From an uncultured delta proteobacterium (GTDB taxonomy: Bacteria > Desulfobacterota > BSN033 > UBA1163), in contig CAWHBU010000004.1 in the NCBI GenBank assembly GCA_963827685.1, positions 288,001 through 352,000 of the forward strand: a DNA stretch of 64,000 nucleotides. Direction: 5' to 3'. Under the pieces are notes generated by a model that made no database searches, had not been told where the DNA came from, and saw nothing but the letters and a program-made list of their open reading frames with translations. Positions within the stretch are counted from its first letter, which is position 1; each line of letters opens with the position of its first letter. Below are positions 49,034 through 57,657 of this stretch, one piece after another. The translations under genes were made by a program, and so were the position numbers.

Positions 49034-49981
49034 TTACAAAGCCACCGCTTGCTCCTCTGCCACACCCGTGATGCCTTTGATGACTAACTTAAGATCGAGA
49101 GTTGATTGGGAGTAAGAATATTTTTCGACAAAGGACTCTTTCCTGCACACCGCCTCGTGGACGCGTTCATCAAAACTTACATTGCCTACGAATTGAATTT
49201 TCATGCCGAGGTGCTTCTCAACAATCTTACAGATGAGCGCTCCGATCTTCGGATTATCCTGTCTTCTAACCTGATTAAGAACCAGCTTGAACTGGAAAGC
49301 CTTCAAAATCCTTTCTACTTTACTGCCTTGCTCCGGATCGATATTTTTCAGCATATCGAGAAGGTATTCCGGATGATGAATGATGGCATCCCGGTTCTGT
49401 GCTTCTGCTTTCTCAGCCAGGCTTCTGAAACGATCGATCTTGAGCACCTGGCGGATCTTGCGAATATAAACGGAGCGAATTAGCCTATAGATATTTTCGA
49501 TTGATGTGGGCTCTGGAATGCAAACAAAGATTCCAGAGTCCGATAGGGTGAAAAAATCGATGGTATTAAAAGATGTGCCTGCGCCAAGGTCAAGCAGAAT
49601 ATAGTCATAATCCAATCTCGATATAGCATGTAACATTTTCATCTTCTGTTCGTGAGCGAGATTGGAGATGTCCAGCTTATTTCTGGCTCCGCTGATTAGA
49701 AAAAGATTATGGATCGGCATTTCGAGAACGGTTTCCTCAAGTGTTGCCACTCTCCTATTGAGAAAATCAGAGAGGCTTATCGGAGGATTGGGCAGGCCGA
49801 TGATCGTGTGAAGATTGGGTGTGCCGAGGTCGGCATCGATAAGAAGGGTTTTGAATCCTTGCCGGGCTAATAGAATTCCGATATTACTCGTGAGAAAACT
49901 CTTTCCGGTTCCTCCTTTTCCTCCACCGATGGGCCATATACGGGGCATAAAGTCTGAACTATACTGATTTATGTTATTCAT
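49034..49981 (-). CDS. FlhG/MinD-like P-loop ATPase
   Basis: Deviant Walker A GGKGGTGKS, IDADLG.PNLH, DLGAGTSFNTIDFF, PEPTSIEN. Confidence 0.9.
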   Translation of the reverse strand: MNNINQYSSDFMPRIWPIGGGKGGTGKSFLTSNIGILLARQGFKTLLIDADLGTPNLHTIIGLPNPPISLSDFLNRRVATLEETVLEMPIHNLFLISGARNKLDISNLAHEQKMKMLHAISRLDYDYILLDLGAGTSFNTIDFFTLSDSGIFVCIPEPTSIENIYRLIRSVYIRKIRQVLKIDRFRSLAEKAEAQNRDAIIHHPEYLLDMLKNIDPEQGSKVERILKAFQFKLVLNQVRRQDNPKIGALICKIVEKHLGMKIQFVGNVSFDERVHEAVCRKESFVEKYSYSQSTLDLKLVIKGITGVAEEQAVAL

Positions 49982-50340
49982 TTTTCAACCCTATGTAATT
50001 ATAGCACAATCAAGGGTTTTTTGTGGTACGGGCACGGTCTATAGATGGGGACATCCTGGATGGTTCTTGTCCCGCTCGTCCTCTGATGAAAACGACGGTT
50101 ATGATGTTTGTGCTTCATATTTTACTTGTTTGGCACTTGCGCTTCAGCGACCGGCCAGAGGGCGAGTCCGACTGATAGCGCTTATTCGCTGTTTACGATC
50201 AGGATCACTTGAGTCAATATCACGCATTTTCTGTACCGAACTTTTGATCTTTTATGGTGCTGCAAAGAATTGTAATCCGTACACGTGGCTCCACGTACTT
50301 GATAGATCAAAGGGTCTGTAACCCCTCTATTTCGGAAGTT

Positions 50341-50369
50341 AATTTACACCCCTAAAAGGTTCTTGTCAA
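50341..50369 (-). promoter_or_regulatory. Putative leftward sigma70 promoter
   Basis: TTGACA-17 nt-TAAATT on the minus strand. Confidence 0.55.
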
Positions 50370-50378
50370 CCATTTGGC

Positions 50379-50480
50379 TGGCAAGTGCCCCTTAACCCCG
50401 CCTTGTAGGTGGGGTTAAGGGCACAATTAAAACGATATTTCCTTTCCGTGAAGCCCCTGCCTGTGGCCGAGGGGCTTCAC
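50379..50480 (+). mobile_element. IS200/IS605-end-like miniature element (PATE-like), copy 2
   Basis: Homologous to 10234-10356; hairpins ccttaaccccgcc/ggtggggttaagg and gtgaagcccct/aggggcttcac; ends in CTTCAC. Confidence 0.65.
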
Positions 50481-50497
50481 TTCGGGGGCGCTCAGGG

Positions 50498-50526
50498 TTG
50501 ACGAAAAGGCCCATCCATAGTATAAA
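50498..50526 (+). promoter_or_regulatory. sigma70 promoter of glmU-glmS
   Basis: TTGACG-17 nt-TATAAA. Confidence 0.7.
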
Positions 50527-50557
50527 AGAGGTTAAATGAATACAAAAGGATAAAGAT

Positions 50558-51982
50558 TTGGAAGGTATTGCCACCATCATTCTTGCAGCAGGGAAGGGGA
50601 CCCGGATGAAGTCAGACCTTGTGAAAGTACTTCATCCCATTCTGGGACTTCCTATGCTCTCCTATCCTATTGAACTTTCCTTGAGAGGGGTCAAAGCCGA
50701 AAAGACGATTGTGGTCATAGGTCATCAGGCAGACCAGATTCAGGAGAGGTTTAAAGACCCTAAGATTGAATTCGTTGTTCAGAAAGAGCAACTGGGTACG
50801 GGTCATGCGGTCTTGCAAGCCATCCCATTTCTAAAGACATTCACTGGCACTGTTCTCATCCTCTGCGGAGATGTTCCCTTGGTGAAAGCCGATACCCTTC
50901 ACTCTTTTATCGGTGCTTTTGGAAAAAGTAACTCCATCCTCTCTGTGTTAACGACCGTGGTGGAGGATCCGTTCGGGTATGGTCGCATCGTCCGAAGTTC
51001 GGAGGGTTGGCTGGAAAAGATTGTGGAAGAGAAGGATGCCTCAATGGGGGCAAAATCGATCCGAGAGATTAATACAGGGATATATTGTGTGAAGGCTTCT
51101 TTATTGATCGAGGGCTTAAGGGAGATCGGAAAGGATAACGCACAAGGTGAATACTATCTCACCGACCTGGTTGAGATTGCAAAGAAGAAAGGGTTGAGGT
51201 GTTCTGCTCATATCGTGGGGGATCCCGTGGAGGTGATGGGGATCAATACACGGGTCGATCTTGCCGTGGTCAATGAAGTGCTCAAACAGGAGAAACTGAG
51301 AGAGTTAATGGTCTCTGGAGTGACAGTTCTCGATCCCAAAACTACCTATGTGGAGAAAGCGGTTGAAGTGGGAAGAGAAACAACCCTCTGCCCGAATTGT
51401 TATCTCCACGGGATGACAAGAATCGGTGAACACTGTATCATCGAATCTAACTCAAAAATCACAGACTCCATCATCGGCAATGAGGTGACCATTCGCTCGA
51501 ATTCTGTGATCACGGGGAGTAAGATTGAAGATGGGGCCATCATCGGCCCTTTTGCCCACCTGAGGCCTTTAAGCGAGATCAGGGCGAAGGCAAAGATTGG
51601 GAACTTTGTGGAGGTGAAGAAGTCGACCATTGGCAAAGGTTCAAAAGCCAACCATCTTACCTATATTGGAGATTCCTTGGTTGGAGAGGGTGTGAACATC
51701 GGCGCTGGAACTATCTTCTGTAACTATGATGGGTTCGAGAAGCATCAGACGATCATCGGTGATCGGGTCTTTGTGGGATCGAACGTGGAACTCGTGGCGC
51801 CCGTCAAGGTGGGAAATGGTTCTACGATTGGTGCGGGTTCCACCATCACGAAAGATGTTCCAGGGGGGGCGTTGGCGATCAGCCGAGCGAGACAGAGGAA
51901 CATCAAGGGATGGAGTAAAAGAATAGAGTACCGGCAAAAGAAGAAGAAGAATAAGAATAGAAATAAAGAGAGTGAGGGTTGA
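50558..51982 (+). CDS. glmU: Bifunctional UDP-GlcNAc pyrophosphorylase/glucosamine-1-P acetyltransferase
   Basis: LAAGKGTRMKS, QLGTGHAV, EYYLTD, GPFAHLRP, GNFVEVK, NYDG. Confidence 0.98.
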   Translation: MEGIATIILAAGKGTRMKSDLVKVLHPILGLPMLSYPIELSLRGVKAEKTIVVIGHQADQIQERFKDPKIEFVVQKEQLGTGHAVLQAIPFLKTFTGTVLILCGDVPLVKADTLHSFIGAFGKSNSILSVLTTVVEDPFGYGRIVRSSEGWLEKIVEEKDASMGAKSIREINTGIYCVKASLLIEGLREIGKDNAQGEYYLTDLVEIAKKKGLRCSAHIVGDPVEVMGINTRVDLAVVNEVLKQEKLRELMVSGVTVLDPKTTYVEKAVEVGRETTLCPNCYLHGMTRIGEHCIIESNSKITDSIIGNEVTIRSNSVITGSKIEDGAIIGPFAHLRPLSEIRAKAKIGNFVEVKKSTIGKGSKANHLTYIGDSLVGEGVNIGAGTIFCNYDGFEKHQTIIGDRVFVGSNVELVAPVKVGNGSTIGAGSTITKDVPGGALAISRARQRNIKGWSKRIEYRQKKKKNKNRNKESEG

Positions 51983-51985
51983 GAA

Positions 51986-53815
51986 ATGTGTGGCATTGTC
52001 GGATATATCGGCTCGAGAGAGACGGCAAGGGTTCTCATTGATGGGCTCAGACGACTCGAATATCGAGGATATGACTCTGCAGGCATTGCCGTCTTCAATC
52101 GAGGCAAGGTCGAGATTCGAAGGAAAGAAGGGAAATTAACAAAGCTGGAGGAGTTGATCGGTGGGGAGACCTTCGATGGGAAGGTGGGGATAGGTCATAC
52201 GCGATGGGCGACCCATGGAAGGCCATCGGACGAGAATGCCCATCCCCATAAGGCAGGCAAGGTCGCTGTGGTCCACAATGGCATCATCGAAAACTATCTT
52301 CCTCTTAGAGAGGTTCTTAAGGGCAAGGGTCATGTTTTTACCTCTGAAACAGACACGGAGATTATCTCCCATCTGATTGATGAATTCATTCAGGAAGGAT
52401 ATTCCTCGCTGGAGGCCGTGAGAATGGCATTAGATAAGATCAAGGGCTCTTATGCATTGGGCATTCTTTTCGAAGGGGAAGAGGATCGCTTGATTGCCGC
52501 AAGAAAAGAAAGCCCTTTGGTGATCGGTCTTGGAAAGGAAGAGTATTTCATCGCCTCGGACGTCCCTCCGATCCTTCCCTATACAAAGGATTTCATCTTC
52601 ATGGATGATGGTGAGGTAGCACTTCTCTCCTCCGGGGGAGTGAAAGTTTTCGATGGCAAGGGAAACGAAGTTTCAAAAGAACCAAAGCGAGTCAACTGGA
52701 GTCCCTTGATGGCGGAAAAGGGTGGGTATAAACATTTTATGCTTAAGGAGATCTTCGAACAACCCAGAGCAGTGACCGACACTATTCGCGGACGACTCTC
52801 AGAAGAGAAAGGTGATGTCGTCCTCGAAGATGTCCACTTAGATCGACAGTTCCTGAAGAAGATTCGGAGGGTCCACCTGATTGCCTGTGGCACCTCTTAC
52901 CATGCTGCCCTCGTGGGAAAGTTTCTCATCGAAGAGTTTTGCCGAATCCCAGTGGAGGCAGATATCGGATCTGAATTTCGATATCGAAATCCAATTATTG
53001 GAGAGGATGATCTTCTTGTAGCCATCTCCCAATCCGGAGAGACGGCCGATACCATGGCTGCTTTGAGGGAAGCAAAGCGAAAGGGGGCGGCGACATTAGC
53101 CATTTGCAATGTGGTGGAGTCGAGTTTGGCAAGAGAAGCGGACCATGTGATCTACACCCATGCTGGCCCTGAGATTGGCGTAGCTTCCACCAAGACCTTT
53201 GTCACTCAATTGGTCATCCTCTTCCTTCTTGGCCTTCGAATTGGCAGAGAGTTGGGTTTCCTCACCAATGAGAAAGGCAAGACCTTGATTGAGGAATTAG
53301 TCAGGGTTCCACACCTCATGGAAGAAATGCTGAAAACATCACATCAAGTAGCCAAAATCGCCAGAAAGTACCTCCATGCGAGAGATTTTCTCTATCTTGG
53401 GAGAGGGATCAACTACCCCATTGCCCTGGAAGGGGCACTGAAATTGAAGGAGATCTCTTATGTCCATGCAGAAGGCTATCCAGCGGGTGAGATGAAGCAT
53501 GGGCCCATTGCCTTGATCGACCGGGAGATGCCGGTGGTCGTCCTTGCCACCCAGAACGATGTCTATGAGAAAGTGATCTCCAATATCGAAGAGGTCAAGG
53601 CAAGGGAAGGAAAGATTATTGCCCTTGCTTCTTCATCCGATCGGGAAATTGTCAAAAAGGTGGACGATGTGATCACCATCCCCGAGACACTTCCTTCTCT
53701 CGCTCCCATTCTCCTCACGATTCCTCTTCAACTCCTGGCCTACTATATGGCTGACTTCAAAGGCACGGATGTGGATCAGCCGAGAAACCTGGCCAAGAGC
53801 GTGACCGTGGAATAA
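51986..53815 (+). CDS. glmS: Glutamine--fructose-6-phosphate transaminase
   Basis: [44 protein letters not shown]. Confidence 0.99.
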   Translation: MCGIVGYIGSRETARVLIDGLRRLEYRGYDSAGIAVFNRGKVEIRRKEGKLTKLEELIGGETFDGKVGIGHTRWATHGRPSDENAHPHKAGKVAVVHNGIIENYLPLREVLKGKGHVFTSETDTEIISHLIDEFIQEGYSSLEAVRMALDKIKGSYALGILFEGEEDRLIAARKESPLVIGLGKEEYFIASDVPPILPYTKDFIFMDDGEVALLSSGGVKVFDGKGNEVSKEPKRVNWSPLMAEKGGYKHFMLKEIFEQPRAVTDTIRGRLSEEKGDVVLEDVHLDRQFLKKIRRVHLIACGTSYHAALVGKFLIEEFCRIPVEADIGSEFRYRNPIIGEDDLLVAISQSGETADTMAALREAKRKGAATLAICNVVESSLAREADHVIYTHAGPEIGVASTKTFVTQLVILFLLGLRIGRELGFLTNEKGKTLIEELVRVPHLMEEMLKTSHQVAKIARKYLHARDFLYLGRGINYPIALEGALKLKEISYVHAEGYPAGEMKHGPIALIDREMPVVVLATQNDVYEKVISNIEEVKAREGKIIALASSSDREIVKKVDDVITIPETLPSLAPILLTIPLQLLAYYMADFKGTDVDQPRNLAKSVTVE

Positions 53816-53928
53816 TTCAAAAAATCATTTCAAATTATAAATTGTAAAATGCAAAGTTAACATTTAGAATAAAAAAGTTCCTAAATTTTTGCATTTTGCA
53901 TTGCTAATTTTGCATTTTGCAATGATAT
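53816..53928. repeat. 7-bp-periodic imperfect inverted repeat (TTTGCAT / ATGCAAA units)
   Basis: atttcaa-attataa-attgtaa-aatgcaa vs ttgcatt-ttgcatt-gctaatt-ttgcatt-ttgcaat. Confidence 0.7.
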
Positions 53929-53936
53929 TTAGACAA

Positions 53937-56174
53937 ATGTCCCTCCTCAACGATCTTAATCCTGTCCAGCAGAAGGCGGTTTTGGAAACCGAGGGGCCAC
54001 TCCTGGTTTTTGCAGGGGCGGGGAGCGGAAAGACCAGAGTCCTGACCTACCGGATTGCCTATCTCATTCAAGAAAAAAGGGTCCAGCCCTGGAATATCCT
54101 GGCAGTCACCTTCACCAATAAGGCGGCCGATGAGATGCGGGAAAGGGTTGAAAGGCTTCTTGGAGGATCGGCAAGGGGAACCTGGATCTCCACGTTTCAT
54201 TCAGCCTGTGCCCGCATCCTAAGGCAGCATATTGAGCGTCTCGGCTTCCAAAGAAATTTCGTCATTTATGATGGTCAGGATCAGGAGCGACATCTTAAAA
54301 CGGTTATGAAGGAATTGAATCTTGACTTCAAGATGTTTCCTCCCAGAGCTATTCAATCGGGCCTTGAACAATTGAAAAATGAGGGGATCACACCGGATCA
54401 ATATTCTCCGAACCCGTATAATATCTTCCAAAAGAGGCTGGCGCTGGTTTATCAACGCTATCAAGAGGATCTCCATAGAAACAATGCCCTCGACTTTGGA
54501 GACCTTCTCACCTTTGTGATCATTCTTTTTAAGCGCTTTCCAGAGGTTCTCAGGTCTTATCAGGAACTCTGCCGCTATGTGATGGTGGATGAATTTCAAG
54601 ATACCAACCTGATCCAATATCAACTTATCAGACAGATGGTCGAGACGCATCACAACATCTGTGTGGTCGGAGACGATGACCAGTCCATCTACCGCTGGAG
54701 AGGAGCCGAGGTTGGAAATATCCTGAACTTTGAGAAGGACTTTCCGGAGGCTAACGTCATCACTCTGGAACAGAATTATCGCTCCACACAGAATATCCTC
54801 CAGGCTGCCAACCATGTGGTGCGGAAAAACCGATATAGAAAAGAGAAGAAACTATGGACGGAGAACTCCGAGGGGGACCTCCTCACCTTTTATGTGGCCG
54901 AGGATGAAGAGGAGGAGGCACGTTTCGTCGTCAAGAAAATCATGGAACAACTCTCCACGTTGAAATCGGTGAGGTCTTATCGTGACGTGGCTGTCTTCTA
55001 CCGGATCAATGCCCAATCTCGTGCCATTGAAGATGAGCTGGTCAAAAACCGGATTCCCTATACAGTTGTCGGAGGAATGAAGTTTTATGAGCGAAAAGAG
55101 ATTAAGGATGTCATGGCCTACCTGAAGTTGATGGATAATCCCTCAGACGGTCTCAGCCTGAAAAGGATCATCAATGTCCCCTCGAGGGGGATCGGGGAGA
55201 AAACAATCGAGAAGATAGAGGCCTTCTCCAGAGAGAAAGGGCTTCCCCTTTATGAAGGATTGAAGCAGGCGATCGGAGATGATTGGCTGACCCCTGCCGT
55301 CAAGGCCAAGATGAAAGAGTTTATCCAATTGATAGAAGCGTTCCGAAAAGATGCAGGATCCTTCACCCTCAGCCAACTTACCTTAGGGCTTCTCGCCAAG
55401 ACGGAATACCTTCAACGATTGAAAGAGGAAGGAACGGATGAAGCTTTTTCAAAGATGGAGAACATTGATGAACTCATCAACGTGATGATGGGACTTGAGC
55501 AAGGAGAAGAGAAGGTTTCGTTGGAAAGCTTTTTGGATAAGGTCTCGTTAGTGACGGATGTGGATCTTTATGAGGACAAGGGGAACCGAGTTTCTCTGAT
55601 GACCCTTCATTGCGCAAAGGGATTGGAGTTTCCGGTGGTTTTCATCGTTGGAATAGAAGAAGGACTTCTGCCCCACTACCGGCGGGGTGAGGAGATTGAA
55701 GATATGGAGGAAGAGAGGAGGCTCTTCTATGTGGGGATGACGCGTGCGAAGGAGAGGCTCTTTCTTTCACGGGCAGAAGAACGATCCACCTTTGGCGTGG
55801 GTCGTGCCAACCTTCCCTCCCGTTTTCTCGATGAACTCCCTATGGGATTGATGCAATTTGAGGAAAAGAAGAGGAGAATGGAGAGTTTATTTTCCCAGGA
55901 AACTCCGTGGAGAGACGATACTCATCAGACCGGGATCATGGCGGATGACCTATCCCAAGAGATTTCCTTCCCAGAAGGGGGTGGGGTTGTCCTGAGTCCC
56001 GAAGGGTTCTTTCCGCTCAAAATAGGGATGCGAGTGCGGCATCCAAAATTTGGCGAGGGAAGGGTCAAGTCTGTAGAAGGGATGGAGGAGGATCAAAAGG
56101 CGACCATTGTTTTTGGAACCGTAGGCAGCAAACGTCTGAAAGTCCGTTATACCCACCTGGAGATACTTGAGTAA
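53937..56174 (+). CDS. pcrA: ATP-dependent DNA helicase PcrA/UvrD
   Basis: AGAGSGKT, TFTNKAA, DEFQD, VGDDDQSIY, QNYRS, HCAKGLEF, EERRLFYVGMTRA, C-terminal RVRHPKFGEG domain. Confidence 0.97.
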   Translation: MSLLNDLNPVQQKAVLETEGPLLVFAGAGSGKTRVLTYRIAYLIQEKRVQPWNILAVTFTNKAADEMRERVERLLGGSARGTWISTFHSACARILRQHIERLGFQRNFVIYDGQDQERHLKTVMKELNLDFKMFPPRAIQSGLEQLKNEGITPDQYSPNPYNIFQKRLALVYQRYQEDLHRNNALDFGDLLTFVIILFKRFPEVLRSYQELCRYVMVDEFQDTNLIQYQLIRQMVETHHNICVVGDDDQSIYRWRGAEVGNILNFEKDFPEANVITLEQNYRSTQNILQAANHVVRKNRYRKEKKLWTENSEGDLLTFYVAEDEEEEARFVVKKIMEQLSTLKSVRSYRDVAVFYRINAQSRAIEDELVKNRIPYTVVGGMKFYERKEIKDVMAYLKLMDNPSDGLSLKRIINVPSRGIGEKTIEKIEAFSREKGLPLYEGLKQAIGDDWLTPAVKAKMKEFIQLIEAFRKDAGSFTLSQLTLGLLAKTEYLQRLKEEGTDEAFSKMENIDELINVMMGLEQGEEKVSLESFLDKVSLVTDVDLYEDKGNRVSLMTLHCAKGLEFPVVFIVGIEEGLLPHYRRGEEIEDMEEERRLFYVGMTRAKERLFLSRAEERSTFGVGRANLPSRFLDELPMGLMQFEEKKRRMESLFSQETPWRDDTHQTGIMADDLSQEISFPEGGGVVLSPEGFFPLKIGMRVRHPKFGEGRVKSVEGMEEDQKATIVFGTVGSKRLKVRYTHLEILE

Positions 56175-56183
56175 GAATTCAAG

Positions 56184-56270
56184 GTAGGAAGATGAGGGGG
56201 TAACGAGATGAGGAGAAAGGATTTAAATTTTGTCTCACCTCATCACCCCGTCTCCTGATCTCCTCATCAT
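56184..56270. repeat. Approximately 8-bp-periodic imperfect inverted repeat (GATGAGGA / TCCTCATC type)
   Basis: gatgaggg...gatgagga vs cctcatca...tctcctga-tctcctca. Confidence 0.6.
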
Positions 56271-56307
56271 TCTTGGCAGGAGGAGGTTTTATGAAAACAA
56301 AAGGGTA

Positions 56308-57471
56308 TCACGGCCATTTTGACTCGTAAATCTGTTTGATAGAAATGAAGTCCACCTTTAGTTTCCCATAACGCCGCTGATAAGAGGATTTAATATTGGG
56401 ACTTAACACGTAATTCTTTCCTTCAGGATACAAAGAACGAAATACGGTAAGATGAGCGGGGTCAAAGCGATCTGGATTGATTTTACATTCAATGGCATCT
56501 GATTGTTTTCGACCACTCTTGATTACAAAATCCACTTCCCGCCCGGATTTGTCTCTCCAGTAAAACAAGTTATGATCGTCAACGACGGTACGAAGAGTAT
56601 CGAGTACCAGGTGTTCCCATAAAAGACCTCGATCATCCTCCCGAATACTGTCCCACCCCTTGACAAAGGTGACAAAACCTGTATCGAAGGCATAGCATTT
56701 AGGCCTATGAGTCATTTCACGCCGCCCTCCTCCATGAAATGGTTGAAGTAAGAAAACCGCATGCGCAATACTCATAGCTTCCAGATGAGCTTTAACAGTA
56801 TGTCGGCTTAAATCGGTTAATCGAGCCAGATTAGTATAATCCATGAGACTTCCACTTTGTCGGAGCAACCCATGCAGTAACTTCATGAAACCAGTCCGGT
56901 TGCGGATGCTGAAGAGCTCCTGGATGTCCCGGGCATAAAAGCTATCCATCCATTCAGAAAAAAAGACCGAGTTCTTCGTTTTTGAGAGTAAGGGTTCTGG
57001 TAGCCCTCCGTGCAGTAATCGATGATCCAGATCTTTTATGTTGAAGTGATCAACGCATTCACTCCAGAGTACTGGCGGTAAATAGATCAAATGTTTTCGG
57101 CCAGTCAGGCCGTCGCGGAACTTTTTCGTAGCTGACAATGTGGAAGATCCTGTTGCGAGCACTTTGAGGTGAGGATAGACATCTGCTGCGATCTTCAACA
57201 AACGGCTCGGGTCCTCTAAACGGTGTATCTCATCAAAGATAACAATGGTTCCTTTATCGAGACTGTCATAGAAAGACTCCGGATCGAATAATCGGCGTCC
57301 CACTGACGGCAGATCGCAATTTTGATAGGCTGTTTTGGGAAACATTTGGGCTAAGGTGGTTTTCCCCACTCGGCGAACCCCGGATAGCCATACGATCGGT
57401 CGCCTTTCCCATGCCTGATGAATACGTTTTATCCAGAATGGGCGCTCAATCATAGGAATCATAACTAACAT
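56308..57471 (-). CDS. AAA+ ATPase with DUF4143 domain (COG1373)
   Basis: GVRRVGKTT, FDEIH, ATGSS, GGLPE, K.Y.FDTG, YWRDKSGREVDF, IECK. Confidence 0.92.
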   Translation of the reverse strand: MLVMIPMIERPFWIKRIHQAWERRPIVWLSGVRRVGKTTLAQMFPKTAYQNCDLPSVGRRLFDPESFYDSLDKGTIVIFDEIHRLEDPSRLLKIAADVYPHLKVLATGSSTLSATKKFRDGLTGRKHLIYLPPVLWSECVDHFNIKDLDHRLLHGGLPEPLLSKTKNSVFFSEWMDSFYARDIQELFSIRNRTGFMKLLHGLLRQSGSLMDYTNLARLTDLSRHTVKAHLEAMSIAHAVFLLQPFHGGGRREMTHRPKCYAFDTGFVTFVKGWDSIREDDRGLLWEHLVLDTLRTVVDDHNLFYWRDKSGREVDFVIKSGRKQSDAIECKINPDRFDPAHLTVFRSLYPEGKNYVLSPNIKSSYQRRYGKLKVDFISIKQIYESKWP

Positions 57472-57657
57472 TTAGCCGTCTATTTGTCAAGTATAAATAC
57501 ATCAAACTTTACCGGGGGATTAATCCGTGGAGATATAAAGCACATGCCGGAGAGGTGATGGGGACACCTACAAGAGGACTTAAGGAACGGTCTTCACCGT
57601 TTAGCTAATGGACTGAGGATCGATTTGGTCTTAAGAAAAATGTAATCTCCATATAGA

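Noticed and set aside
50083-50096. Hammerhead-like CTGATGA core (also minus strand 62081-62087)
   Set aside because: No stem II followed by GAAA and no stem I/III arrangement
50131-50146. sigma54 promoter-like TGGCAC
   Set aside because: The -12 element is CTTCA rather than TTGC at the required spacing
51960-51990. glmS ribozyme
   Set aside because: glmU and glmS are 3 nt apart; no room or motif
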